Below are positions 13,851 through 26,294 of a stretch of DNA of 64,000 nt, piece after piece (the stretch's first letter is position 1; each line of letters starts with the position of its first letter). A program made the position numbers and the translations under genes. This DNA comes from Haplodiscus bocki. Its lineage: Eukaryota. The notes beneath the pieces were generated by a model. It did no database searches. It was not told where the DNA came from and saw only the letters and a program-made list of their open reading frames with translations. The DNA is taken from NCBI GenBank assembly GCA_965655095.1, contig OZ296648.1, forward strand, positions 175,336,001 through 175,400,000. The letters run 5' to 3'.

Positions 13851-15109
13851 TAAATTTTTTGGCACATAATTTGCGAAATGTTCCGCCTTTTTCATAATGC
13901 CTGGCTGCAACCACTTCCAGTAAGTATTTAAACAAAACTCCCAGCTGTCCGGGATTTTTTGTCGCACTGCTGGTTTTAGAACAAAACTTTTTCCAGAAAA
14001 GTCACACTTATGTTTTCTACAGCACAATTTACACTTCTCGAATTTTGAAGTTTTCAATTTTTTTTTCAATAGGGTTTAAAGAAGTGCTACTATTTCATTC
14101 GACTTTGAGAGCAAGTTTGTCATTTTGTCCGTTTTCTTAAAAACACTACTTTCCGTTTTTCATTCTACGATAAATTTGTTACTTTTTGGTGGTGAAATTT
14201 TGAAGTCATGGAAGACACGATTATCGATTGGCAAGTTAACGTCAAAAAACGGACGCGATGAGTTCATGATTCTGCATGCATATTGAAACATGGCGGAAAA
14301 TAGTAAATTTAAGTAAAAAAGACTATTATAGTTTCCACAATAACAGTACCGTGTGTGATAGAGATAAAACAGGACTGATGTTCGCTCTACGTATGGGCAA
14401 GACCGCCGCAGCTTTTGTTTTTTTTTTGTTGAAGGAATGTGAAATGCCTTGGCCGATATTTAACGCCTTTTTAGCTGCTTAAAGGTCTCTCTGTGACACC
14501 CGTACTTAGTTAAATAGCGGCCGCCGAACAAAGACTCTGCTCTTGCTCCACTTACTGTGAGTGATGTCCTTTAATTTCCTCTGCTTTTCGCCCCTATGTA
14601 CAGATGTTTCCTCTCTTGAGCAAATGAGAAAAAAATAGTTGAAATTCAACTGATCGGAAATTGATTGTTGTATTGCAGGATTAGAGACAAGGTGCTTCAT
14701 AAAGTAGATTACAGTTCTTTTAGTTTGTTGCTGCTTCATGCCATAATCCCGTGCAAAGTCCCGCTTGTCCAATTGTCCTTCATTCTCGGGCAGTTTCGTT
14801 ATTTCGTGCCCTGGCTTGAGCGTTTTGACCAGATTATAATGAAATACTGCAGGTTCAGTTAGGTTGTAACTACTGTTGGTTGATTAGCAAAAACCAAACT
14901 TACCAGTAATGTTTTCACGTTGATTTCTGTCGCTCTGAACATCCTTGGTTAGTGTAGAGTTTGAGATTTTGAATATTTTTCGCCCCTGGGTTGCTATGGA
15001 AGGAAAATCATCCACTCAACGTGTTCGTTTTACATTTGCTTGCCAATTCTCAATTCATGAGATATTATAAGGTTGAAAAGCTTGAAGTGTTGAAAGATCA
15101 ATTTTTAGC

Positions 15110-15394
15110 AAATTGCCATAGAATGTGAATGAAATATAAGAGTTTAAAAACGTATGAATATAGAGTTTTTTCGTGAAAAAACTTCGAAAAAAACCGAAAT
15201 TTGAAAAATTGGGAAAAAGCAGCAAGTTTGATTAAGAATGCGGATAAAATGCTAATATTTCTTAAATTGTCTGAGATTCTTTCGACTCTCTTTTTAAAAA
15301 TGGGGAAGATTGACCGATGTGATAGGGTTGGGTAAATTTTCCTTTAAAAAAGTTGGAAGGTGGAAATTGTCCCGGTAATAACCGGGTGTCTTGT
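15110..15394 (+). mobile_element. DINE-1/HINE-like element, type-1 3' end
   Basis: Ends cccggt-aata-accggg hairpin plus tgtcttgt. The preceding cctttaaaaaagttgg matches 35045. Confidence 0.6.
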
Positions 15395-16024
15395 AATGGT
15401 TAAATAGTACAATGGTTACAGTTACAATTTACAGTAACAATGGTTTAGTTGTTACAGTTATGACTTATAGTTTCTGTTCCCCGATGAATAAGGAACTAAA
15501 AATAGCGCCATTAGCTTGGATATACTTTTTACTGCATTTTTGTTTCTACGGATTTTTAACGAGGACTAACACTGATAGTTGATACCCTGGGCTAAGTTTT
15601 AGCCTCAGGGGTAGTTAACAGGAAGGCTTTTTGTTTTATGGCGTAACCTTTTCGATATTTTTTTCATTCTGATATGTCGACATTGCGACATATATAGTTG
15701 AAAGAAAGTGATTGCTTGAATGAAAATTTCACATTCCGAAAGATTGAAGCTTTTGATGCATGGATCATGAGCTATGAAAAGCTATTAAAAATGTATCTTA
15801 GCATTCCTCTCTCTCAACTTTTGCTATAAGTTGGTCTTCGCCAGTGCTAGAAAATGCAGCTAATTATTACACCGACCTTTTTTTTAAAATCTAAAAACTC
15901 CAATTTTGGTAAATTTTATAGGTTAAATGCTGGTGAAAACGTTTTTTAAAAGATCACAATGAAATGTCTACTTTTTCCCTATTTTTCCCCTGTAACGTTT
16001 TTTCAAGCATGCAATTGCAGTCTA

Positions 16025-16293
16025 TAACAAGCATGGCCAAGTACTCAAAAGCAGCAAAGCTCCCTTCTAGGAAATTTTTCGGTACTGTGAGTCCAAGAAA
16101 GTTTCGACCAAAATCGTGATACCCCTCTTATGCATATTTTTTATTTCGCTACCAGAAACATTCAGAAACACCAAAAGCGCCCCACTCACGATTTTTTCCG
16201 TGAGACAAAAGTTTTTATATCCCCTCTATGGTTTACCGAAATTTTCGCGCCCGACAGATGGGCAGCGCCGACTTTGAGCTGTTCTCACTTGTT
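16025..16293 (+). mobile_element. HINE-like element, type-2 3' end, carrying satellite units
   Basis: aaatttttcggtactgtgag...cgtgatacccctcttatgcata is the same unit as 39450-39520 and the reverse of 63770-63900. Ends gggcagcgccgactttgagctgttctcacttgtt. Confidence 0.6.
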
Positions 16294-17353
16294 GATGTCG
16301 AAGCTGAAAGAATTCAATATTATAAGGACATCATGCCTTCACCTTTTTCCCTAGCACTTGAAACTTCGAATTTTAAATGTAATAAAATTGTAAAGTTGCT
16401 CACTTCTTTTACATCTGCCACTGTTATTGTAACGTAAATGTAGTAAAGTAGAAGTTACATATAAAGTTCACGATTACAATACTAACCATTTTAACACTTG
16501 TGCATTATGTGCTTTTGAGTAAACTAGATTTTTTTGCAATTCATCGAATAAATCTAACAGTTTGTGCTGCTTTTTTCAACTCGTGAAAATGCACCATCAA
16601 ACTTTTTTTTAAATTTTTCGGTTTTTCTTGAAAGCAGACCAACTCGTCAGACTATTTTCAATGGTTTTGTTATTGTACCTTTCAAAGAAATACTGAGCTT
16701 GATTGCAACTGTTTATTCAACCGTAATGGCCTAACGTATTGTTTATTGACGAAAAGATTGCATCTATTTTAATTTTTAACTAAGTCGTTCAGTGAATCGT
16801 AAAACAATTAGTTAATCATGCCAAACTGGCTTTTCTCAAATTACTTCTGATTGTTTATAAGTATCGAAGCCGTACTGAACAAAGCGAAGACCTTACGACT
16901 GCATCCAACTTTTTTACAGAAAAGATTGCTGTATATTTTGTTCATTAGTGTTACTTTGTTGTTTAGTTTTGCAAATTAGTTTGAATTTTGTGCGCTCATG
17001 ATTTTGTCAATTGCTGAGTGCCAATTAGCTCATTTTACTCTCTGTTTTGCAGTTGGTGCTCGCCTGTTTCTCTTGCTAATCAAAGGTGGTGCTTTCTATG
17101 ATAACACTATGATATAATTATTTAAATTCAATTTATGACTTTATGGTTTATTCGATGAAACTTATAACGCCCATACAAAATCTTCCACCGAACAACATCC
17201 ACTTTTTATTCGTTGGGTGCAAGTATGCCTGTGGAATTACACTTCACTGTGCCGCAAGGTGAAAATTGACAACCGCGAAAGTTTGGCAGTACGAAAGATC
17301 CTCAATCGCGAAGATTCATTAGAATTGGTCGGAATTATCCAATTAAATTTCAG

Positions 17354-17850
17354 ACGAGCGATTAAAATTTCGGCGTAATGACAGGACTCCTCAGGTGACG
17401 GCTCAGCTTGTAAATTACGATGTCAGTGAATTGCCGGCCCGAATCTTCTCAACCCAATGTCAATAGCCGTGTTTCATTATTTCATTTTGAAATAGGCTGT
17501 TTTTGACACGGCTGTGTGTCGTCATCATTAATCTTAATTTTATCACTCCACCTGTCGGACTTGCTCCATATACAATGACATCAAGGTCATTACTGGCTCC
17601 AACCCGTGTCGTTGTGAGCACAACAAATTCTCTACACTCTCTTCGTTTTTTCGATGACCAAGTAGAGTTATCTATAGGAAATAGGAAAGGATGTCGCGTA
17701 TCCGCATCCCAGCATCAGGACTTTTTGAGTTTTTTAAGGATTATGAAATTTACGGTTACAAGACCTTTGCTACTGGGATACTTTGTAATTGGACGTTCGG
17801 TACTACGGCCGACTCGATGCTGTGTCAGTACAGCAATACTATATCGTTAT
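17354..17850 (+). pseudogene. Possible decayed ionotropic glutamate receptor M3/S2 fragment
   Basis: Across frames: ELPARIF, LFLTRL, FFDDQVELS (cf. NR1 YFRRQVELS), WTF..ADSM..Y. Stops present. Confidence 0.25.
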
Positions 17851-19266
17851 TATTAAAAATTTTTCTAGACCCACAATTTGAAACTTCTCAAATTCTGTTC
17901 AAGTATACACTACTCATGGTGTATGATGAATAACGAGAGTTTAAACAATTCCCATAAAAACGAATTGATCGAATATAACCATTCAAGTTTACATTCTGAT
18001 CAATCAGCGCGTTTTGTCTAGTGCAGAAATTAAACGTACAGATAATCATCGAAGTCATAAATCTGATAGGGCCGTACAGAGAAATCTTCAAAGCAAAAAT
18101 TCTATCAGATTGCAATGGTTTATTGTCGGAAAAACTTCGAACGAACATACAGAAAGATTGAAAATGCCAATCGAGGCGATTTTTGTTATACTCTTATGTT
18201 TTTGTTGTGACTTCGAATTTTAGGGAAGAAAAATTGATGTTGGAATGTTACACTGTCAAATTATAAATCAAAATTGTCACTGAAGATTGCCTCACTGAAA
18301 CTGTAAACAAAAAATAGACATAGTAAATTTACGCCTAAAAATTTGGAATTGCATGTTTTAACATTAGTTATAGCGCTCACTGACGGCAACTTGTCAATTT
18401 TTCAAAAGTGACTGAAATTCTGATTTTGTAAACATATTGCCGTCCTCCAGAGACAGCTTTACATGTATTAAGATAACAAAAAATGATGTCTTCTGAACCG
18501 TTAAAAATTCAAAGGGAGTGAAAACCCTCAGAGTTACGCCCCTTTCTGATTCCTGTTGGTTACCATCTGTCTTTATTATTTTAAGTGCTAAATTTGCCAT
18601 GTTAGTAAATTTTTGCTATTTACAGCGATAACGTAAAGCAAACGGTGTTGGTCGAAACTGTCAGTTTTATGGTTACTACCAACAACCAAAAGTCACACGT
18701 TATAATTACATGATAGGATTTTGATTGTTTACTTTTGATAAGTCAAGCAATTAGAGAAACCGGTATGGAATTAAAACAATATGTTTCGGTGTTCGTAACA
18801 TTATCTCTTGTTCTGAAAAAAAATAAGATAATATTTACAAAGCTTGTATGAATAAAATTATCGAACATTGTCTCAAACCTCCATAGTTTATAAAACGTAA
18901 TTCTTTTTCACAGCACTATTGTATCGTATTAGGACTGAACGCTGATTAACTTTAAAAGCTTCCTTGTTCATTGTAATTACTATATCTGTTAAATTCAAAA
19001 CAAATTAGTCCCGGTTTTCTTGTATTTTCACATGAATTTTGCTTTCGAATTTTTTGGATTTTCGCATTAGCTAATGCCATACTAAGTTTTAGGAAAACAG
19101 CATATGGCAGTTCTTTTTGACATATCGTTTCGAACAAAAATCGGCCAAATCTTGATTGTGATTTTTCGCCTCATATTTTTGACAATCAAAGAAAAATCAA
19201 TGAGTTAGTAGGGTCATTTTTCTTTTTTTTTCAGTGAACTTCGCTGATTTATATATAATGAGTTTC

Positions 19267-19430
19267 GACAGTGGGGTTAGGAAAGATTGATCTAGCAGTA
19301 GATCCGGGTTCGAATCTCTCTCACCATAGTCTTTTGTTTCTGCTCAAATTTGTCAGAAATCCCTATAGCACAGCTGGTAGGACAGCAGGTTGAGGCGCTT
19401 GTTACGTGTTCGAATCCCAACATTTACCCA
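19267..19430 (+). pseudogene. Two tandem tRNA-like cassettes
   Basis: ggggttagga...gggttcgaatc and tagcacagctggtaggaca...gttcgaatccc (A and B boxes). No intact cloverleaf. Confidence 0.6.
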
Positions 19431-19649
19431 TATTTTTTACTTCATTGTTGCAATTTTGAGAATCGCTTTTTTTACCATCGAAAATATTAATTTCCCACGT
19501 AATCTTTCCATCGGAAATATTCAATTCATTAGCACAGTGCGCTGCGTTTCCCAGAAAATACCAATATCACGCAGACTTCGTGTCGGAGATTTGCTAGGGT
19601 GTTGTGTAGTTCATTTATGTGGTGTCACCGCGGTTAGGTAGGTAAATCG

Positions 19650-22600
19650 TAGGTAGCGGCTTCACATCCTTTCATTATTTCAGAGCCCATCTTCAGAAAC
19701 TTTAATAGATTGTTGACAACTTTTTGTCCCGAAATTCTGTTTTTCTATACTTTTGAGGTTTTGGTAACTTAGCTTCTATCGAATCCGATGGCGAAAGATT
19801 TTAAGCGACGACACTGACTTCTTTACCAGAAAAAGACATAGCTAGGTTAGGACGCTTCTGTTTCTTTCGTTGCCATCCTTCTTGCTTTCTACGTTGCTTC
19901 GTTACTTTTATGAACCTTTCATCGATATATTTTTTTTAATTTTCCTCAATTTTGAAGCTTTTTCTCACAAAAGCTGTTTTTTTCGATGTTATCCGGGGTT
20001 TTTTGATAAATTGATCTTGTATCCTCAATCTTCGAAGTTCTACCTAATTAAAGCAACTCTCCTACATCGAAAATGTACGTGGAAAACTGGACCTTCGTAG
20101 TTTTTTGATTATGCAAGTTTATGAGCCTTTGCTTAAAAACAACTGTCGTTTCTAAAATTTGGATTTTTTCCCTGACAAGTTCCTTCGAACATCCGGTCCT
20201 CAAAACATCGTAAATTGAGATTCTCTTGTCTAGAACACTGCGATAAGTACTGCCGTCTATTTTGAGAGGCCAAGAGCTGGTACTTAACGGATTTCCTTCT
20301 AGCTGAAATGGATGCTTTCGAAGAGAATGGAATAGATTTCTTTCAAGCTGGATTTCTTTCGTCGTGGATTTTTATTTCAGCTTTCATTATACCGAATGTC
20401 AATAGTCAAACAAATCAAGGGCTTTGTTTCATGAATCCGAGTAGTAATAGGTCGAAAATTGCAAATTGTGTTTTATTATTTTTACTGATCACTAAAAATC
20501 GTTTTGCTGCTTAAACAATTGACTGATGTTCTATCACAATTTCAAAGGGCAGTTTCTAATCGGTAAAGTACTTTTAACACAGTACTCTATTTTTCGTTCC
20601 GTGCATCAGAATTCTGAGAGGGCAACAATGCAAACTAGGGTCATAGTGGTGATCTTCTTCATTTTTCAGGTCTGTTTTTGGAAACTATGTGTTCGTTCTT
20701 CCAAGTTCTCAGTCGACAGCTTCCGTTTAGTAGATGCTTCTGGGTTTTATTATTAAGGGCTATTCCTTGCCTTGGAGATGTGACACGCCAGAGATTGAAA
20801 AATTCGATTTGGTTTCTCTCGATATTGAAACTCAGTTTTGTCCAGAATCAGCAGCGATTTTTTCTATGATGGTGTCAACCGGCAGAATCGAATTTGAAAT
20901 CATTCAATATTTTTGTCTTGGATTTCTGTTCCCTGCATAGCAAAGGCGGCCGATCGAGTTTCTGAACATCGCATGATTTTTCTCGATTCTCCAATTTCTT
21001 TTTCCTCCACAACTATCATCTGACTTCCTTGAATGAATGTCCAACGACGGTTTTACCATTGCAGAAGGCTTTGCCATGGAGTTTCTACCTGTTTTTTTTT
21101 GTTGCCATTGAAATCTGCTGCTTGCAATGGTTTTTTTTTTGGTACTCGATTTCCTCTTCTTTCACTGAGACCCAGGGCTGACTCCCTCCATCAAAATTTC
21201 AAATGACAGTAACAACTTTGAGCTCCCACTTATGTCTTGTTTCCAGCAAGTCCCCCTTTTTCGAGCTGGACAGAAACAACATACTTTTTCACTTTTCAAA
21301 GGTTTTTCGACATCAAATTGTAACAGTCTGTCTGATATCTTTCCACTTTCCTAACGTTTTATCTTCATAAAATATCGATTTCCACTTTTAGAAATGAGAC
21401 ATGTTTCTCAAACATCTCCTTTGAGTAACTGTATAAACTTTCGGCACCTCAAACACCTAAGGCTCGATTCGAAGTCACTTCACCTGGAACATGTCGTTTT
21501 GTCATCTTTACAGTCAAAATCCATCTAAAGACATCTGGTTTTCATATTCTCGATATTCAAGGCCACTTTCCGCGAAAGCCACTGTAAGGATCTCTTCGAT
21601 TTCCCTTTTCTGAAGATCTCAGTCAACCGTTTGACACTTCCAGAAGGCTGTTCCATATTTGTTTGTTGGGTTTCGTTCATGGCGTCGGAGAGTTGATGGG
21701 TGATTATGCCTAAAATTTCGCGCACGTATGAATATTCTTAATGTTCACAGTCAATTCTTCGCAAAACACTGGTCAAAGTCCATACGTCAAAATCTCAATC
21801 GAAAGTTTCGAATTTATGGAAGGTTTTTCAGTAATATTCTGTTTTTTTTTCGTTCCCCGCAACTGAAACTTGAGGGGTGATTGTGCCAAAAGTTGCATTT
21901 GCCTGTGATTTTTTTTAAACAATCTATGTCTTTTTACTCTATAACTAACTGGTACAATTCTTCCTGAAAAATCGGGGTCGGATTTTTTCTACTTGTTGGT
22001 CAGTTAATATGGAAATATTGTGCTTTAAATTCCCTCTATTGGAAAGACAGGCAATGAAAATTACTGAATAAGGCATGCGATGGTCACTCTTTTCCAGTAG
22101 CAAACCTATTTTCCTGTAAAAGCAAAAAGTGGCATTCTTCCATCGACGCATGATTTGAAAACTTTCAAATTGGGCAGGATTGTTCAGCAAAAGATTTTCG
22201 ACGATTTGATACTGGCAGGGGAAATCTCTGTGGCATGAAATGGGGGAAACTGCGTTTTTGCATGATTTTTCCTGTTATTCAAACTCATTCGTCTTCAAAA
22301 CATTTTTTTCGATTGCTGGATTTCCTTCGCCAAACTCTCAGCCGAGAGTTTTTTCTAGGAGGTCACTCAATAGAATTAACTTGGGGACGTTCCTTGCATC
22401 AAACATTACAAGTTGAAATTGGCATGCATGTATGATCGTTCTTGATATTCAAAGTCCTTCTTATTTGAGACAGATTTTTTCCATGACTGCCTTAATCGGC
22501 AATGTTTTGAATTCAGAAGATTGTACAATTTCGAGATCCTGGGTTTCGGTCTCCTCAACGAGTTTTTCGGTCGATTAGGTGAAAAGTTTCATGTATATGT

Positions 22601-23330
22601 ATCCTTGTTGTTCTTAAGGAATCCACTCGGAAAATTTTTAATTTACGTTAGTAGTTGTAGTGTTATTCTGTATTTTTTAAACTCTTTGTCGAACGCCGTT
22701 TTGCGACCTTGTCCAGAATAGGGAACTCATGACACACTCCTCCTTATTTTTCAAAACCAAGCAAAGTTTGCGGGCTAAAAAGGAGGAGCTTTATTTAAGG
22801 CGAGAGCGTCCAAATCAGAAGAAGTTACAAAATCTTGGGCGGATATGTTGTTGGAAATCATTTTCCTTCAAAACTATCAAATAGATTTTTTTTCAATTGA
22901 AGCGTCAATCGACAGTCTTTCACTTGTAGCTTCCTATAGTTTAGTTTTTTGTTTGATTCCTGGCTTTGGCAACCTTATAGATTAGAATGGCAAAAACTGC
23001 TAATGATGTTCATTTTCATCGAGAAACTATCTAATTACATTTCAAAAAAGTTACCGGCTGGACTTCTTTCGTCAAGGTGTCTATGTAAATTGTTCCTTCC
23101 AGATGTGGAAGTTACTCGTTTTTCATCTTGTGGATTTTTTTCTTTGCTTTGGCCCCTTGATAGGCCGAAAATGAAAAAAGTGCTATTTGAATAGGTTTTC
23201 TATATACTCAATTGATTTTTTTAAAGAGTGTTGTTTTTCTACTAACATGGTGTCACCAGACAGAAGTTTTTCAGGAGGTTCTTTGAGATGACAAAACATC
23301 AGGTGGAATAAAGTCGACCCGTCCATCACA
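19650..23330 (-). mobile_element. Decayed L1/Tx1-like LINE ORF2
   Basis: In order on the - strand: DH..PI (~22420-22440), VSPGS (21167-21183), RNWR (20988-20999), RQG (~20765-20785). Heavily frameshifted. Confidence 0.6.
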
Positions 23331-23384
23331 CGCACAAGACGATTAGGAGGTTTGATTTAGCTTGTAACTCGACTAACAGGAACC

Positions 23385-23460
23385 TGTTGGCTTTGTGGTT
23401 AGTGACGGTGGCCAGATGCACTTTTCTAGGTGCGTCTGGGTTCGAACTCGATCTTGAGTT
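23385..23460 (+). pseudogene. tRNA-like cassette
   Basis: tggctttgtggttag (A box) ... gggttcgaactc (B box). Confidence 0.55.
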
Positions 23461-23469
23461 TTTGCTGAT

Positions 23470-25400
23470 CTACATTTTTGAGTTTTTCCCATTTTGGCAT
23501 GTTTTTTTTTTGGTAAATGAATCAAAGGGATTATTCAACAATACATGTATTTTTCGGAGGCAGTCGGATAAATTTCAGTTTCTTCAATGAGAGAGTTCTT
23601 TGTTTTATATTGGGAAACTTTGGCTTTCCGACAGGTTTTTTTCAGTTCTTCAACAGTAGTGCTGTTGTGAGTTACCGGAGTCCTAAAAACTTTGCTTTGA
23701 CTTCTTTGCGAAGCTCCACTTCGACTCTCTTTTATTTGCGACTAGCAAGCGTATGGAATAGGTTCGTGAACTTTGTGCCCATTTGTTTAAAGCTTTTATG
23801 GGCGGTTTAATAATATGGTAATAGGAGTTTGACGACGGATTAGTTTTGCTGCCTGGTTTGCTTTGCTTTTCAAGGGTGTAAGTTGGAATTGAATGAACAG
23901 GTTGGCAGCGAACTTTCAAGGAAAGATGTTTGTATAATTTCAGTACTTGTGTCGATTTAGTCTTGATGTTTGGAATGAACTCTTCTCTTGATTGTTTCTC
24001 GTTGACATTTATGCTTCTGACTCAATCCGTCCTGTGTTACTTCAAAATGGGCAACAGTGAGAAACAGCGTTTTAGGAGGAACGCCAGTTTTACGTTTTCC
24101 ATACAAAATATCTCGCAGCTGCATTTTTTTCAGGAGAATACTTGTTTGATTTGTGCAATCGGGCGCTTTTTCGCAGCCTTGCTATGTGCTGAATCTGTGA
24201 AGAGGCGGGGGTATATGGTTTCATTAGTTCCAAGTCAGATTGGTTTAGTTGTAGCTTGAACTTCGGACATTTTCACTCGCGTCTTTTTTCAAAGTCGTTT
24301 TTCCCGAAGAGTACTCAATATATTGCTGCCATCAAGTGCTCCTTGAAAAGACTATGATATCGTGTTCCTGTGGAATAACCGGATGTGCTCTTTCATATGT
24401 TCCGCTTGACATGTCTTTCCTTGTAATTTGAAGTTCGAAAAATAGTTATAGTTATATTTTTTAGTCCTTCTTATTGAAGAATACTGTTTTGATGTCTTCC
24501 AATCATCAGTCGAAATCTAGCAATATGGAGAATGTGAGATGAAACAGGCGTGTCCTGTTTCGCTCGTTTCATTTCTACGCATAGATTTTTTGTTTTGTTT
24601 TTTGATGTCCGAAAATTTTCAACTGGTGTTTTTCACGGAGACTATCGGCTGGATTGCGGCCGTCGTATACTCAATGTGAATTCCGACAGTTAGGCTTGTT
24701 TTGTAACAGCTCTCTTTTTGATTCCAGCACAAACTTTTCTGTTACTGTGAATTTCATGAGAATAAGTTGCTGCTTTCGTCTGTGCCCTTCCTCACATTCG
24801 TCGCTTGTGCATGCAAAGCGCAGCTTCGCATCTGCTCAAAACATCTCTGTCTTGGTACTTTGCTCCGGAGCACTGAATAATTGATAATGTGAAGGTGAGT
24901 GGTGGAAATAATCTTTGAGGGAAGTTTTCGAACACTAGATTCAAAACATTCCTTTGCTTCATTTTTTTACAACATTAGCAAAAGCTCCTCAGAAAGCATT
25001 GCAGTCGTGCGAAAAGTATGCATGTGCTATGCGGCTACCTTATATTTCATTTTCACTCATACTTGCTTTTTGAAGTTTTTAACACATTAATTTGTTTTTG
25101 CTCGGCCTTCCAGTTTTCCTTAGGGCTACTTGTGAGCATCTGTTTCTTTGAATTGGTTTCTTCGGAGTTAAGTTTTTTTTTTAAAAAAAAATTAGCCATC
25201 TGAGAATATTCGATTGATTGGCATTGGTTGCTCACGAGATCGGAAAATGAATTGATATTTGTAGCGGTCACTTTGCATTCCGAAACTTAAGTGCTTTTCG
25301 TTTCTGCCGTAGTGTCGGATTTCGTTGATTTTCATATAGTTGAATTTGCGTTCAAAAAATGGCCGAGTGTTGTAGATCATAACTTAGAATAAAGCTAGTT
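23470..25400 (-). mobile_element. Decayed LINE ORF1-like remnant (possibly the 5' part of the 19650-23330 copy)
   Basis: YSTGTR (24359-24378) parallels the TGIKI motif of the 5800-9050 copy. A-rich coding strand. Confidence 0.45.
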
Positions 25401-25864
25401 ATTTTAAATTTCTTTTTTGATTTAACTTTTCCGGAAAAACAGTCCTAATTTTTGCAAAAATTCTAGAATTTGATCAACTTTTATTTACAGTAGTAAATAG
25501 TAAATTTTTGCGGTATGAACTAGAGACCGAATGCATACTAACGGACGGATGATTCAATTCTCTATCTTTTAGTTTTTTTTTGGGATGCCGGAATCCACGT
25601 CCAGTTCATTAATTAAATTCATTGTGATCAAAGCTTTCCAGCTCAAAGGGAGAGAATTTGTTACCTATATTCTACAGACCTCACAAGCGAAAGACCAGTT
25701 CAGAACCGCTTGTTAAATTGGGTATTTAGCTGAACGGTTGGTTGAAACTTACAATTTTTATGGAGAGACTTAGATGAAGAGCACAAACAGCCATGGTCAA
25801 AAGACAGCTACCGCTACAAATTCATTGTTTGTAAGATCTTCCATTTATTTCCAAAATATACTTT

Positions 25865-25893
25865 GGATCTTTTCTGTTGACCCCCCCCCCCCC

Positions 25894-25945
<52 letters not shown>

Positions 25946-26100
25946 AGTAGTAACGATACTTTTTAAGCCCTCCCCCACATGCTAAAGCGAGTTCTTCTCT
26001 GATTGCATGAATTTCACTGAAGCGTTAGTTTAACCATTGCGCCACTTATTATTTCGCATATCCATTATGCTGTGGAGGGAGGGGAGTTGACAGAAGATTC
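25865..26100. mobile_element. Older, inverted copy of the same MITE family
   Basis: Left end ggatcttttctgttgacccc, right end ggggagttgacagaagattc. Internal ttcgcatatccattat is the near reverse complement of ataatggatatgtgaa in the 61636 copy. TSD decayed. Confidence 0.8.
25881..25944. repeat. C16-(AC)24 microsatellite inside the MITE end
   Basis: Read directly from the sequence. Confidence 0.98.
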
Positions 26101-26228
26101 TAAGCGTTCAACTGTTTTATATTCTATTATTACTCTTGCACAAGCAATTGTTCTAACACTATTAAATTTTTTTTCGATCCTTCCACAACGGACACAAGCC
26201 CCTAGATTTTTACCAAAAGGAAGGAAGA

Positions 26229-26294
26229 TGCTTAGGCTCGAACCTGGGACCGTGCGCGCTGCAGTTGAATGCTCTACTGACTGTGCCATTGTCG
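26229..26294 (-). pseudogene. tRNA-Cys(GCA)-derived cassette
   Basis: Reverse complement tggcacagtcagtagagcattcaactgcagcgcgcacggtcccaggttcgagcc matches tRNA-Cys TAGAGCATTTGACTGCAG...GGTCCCCGGTTC. Anticodon and acceptor stems are broken. Confidence 0.75.
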
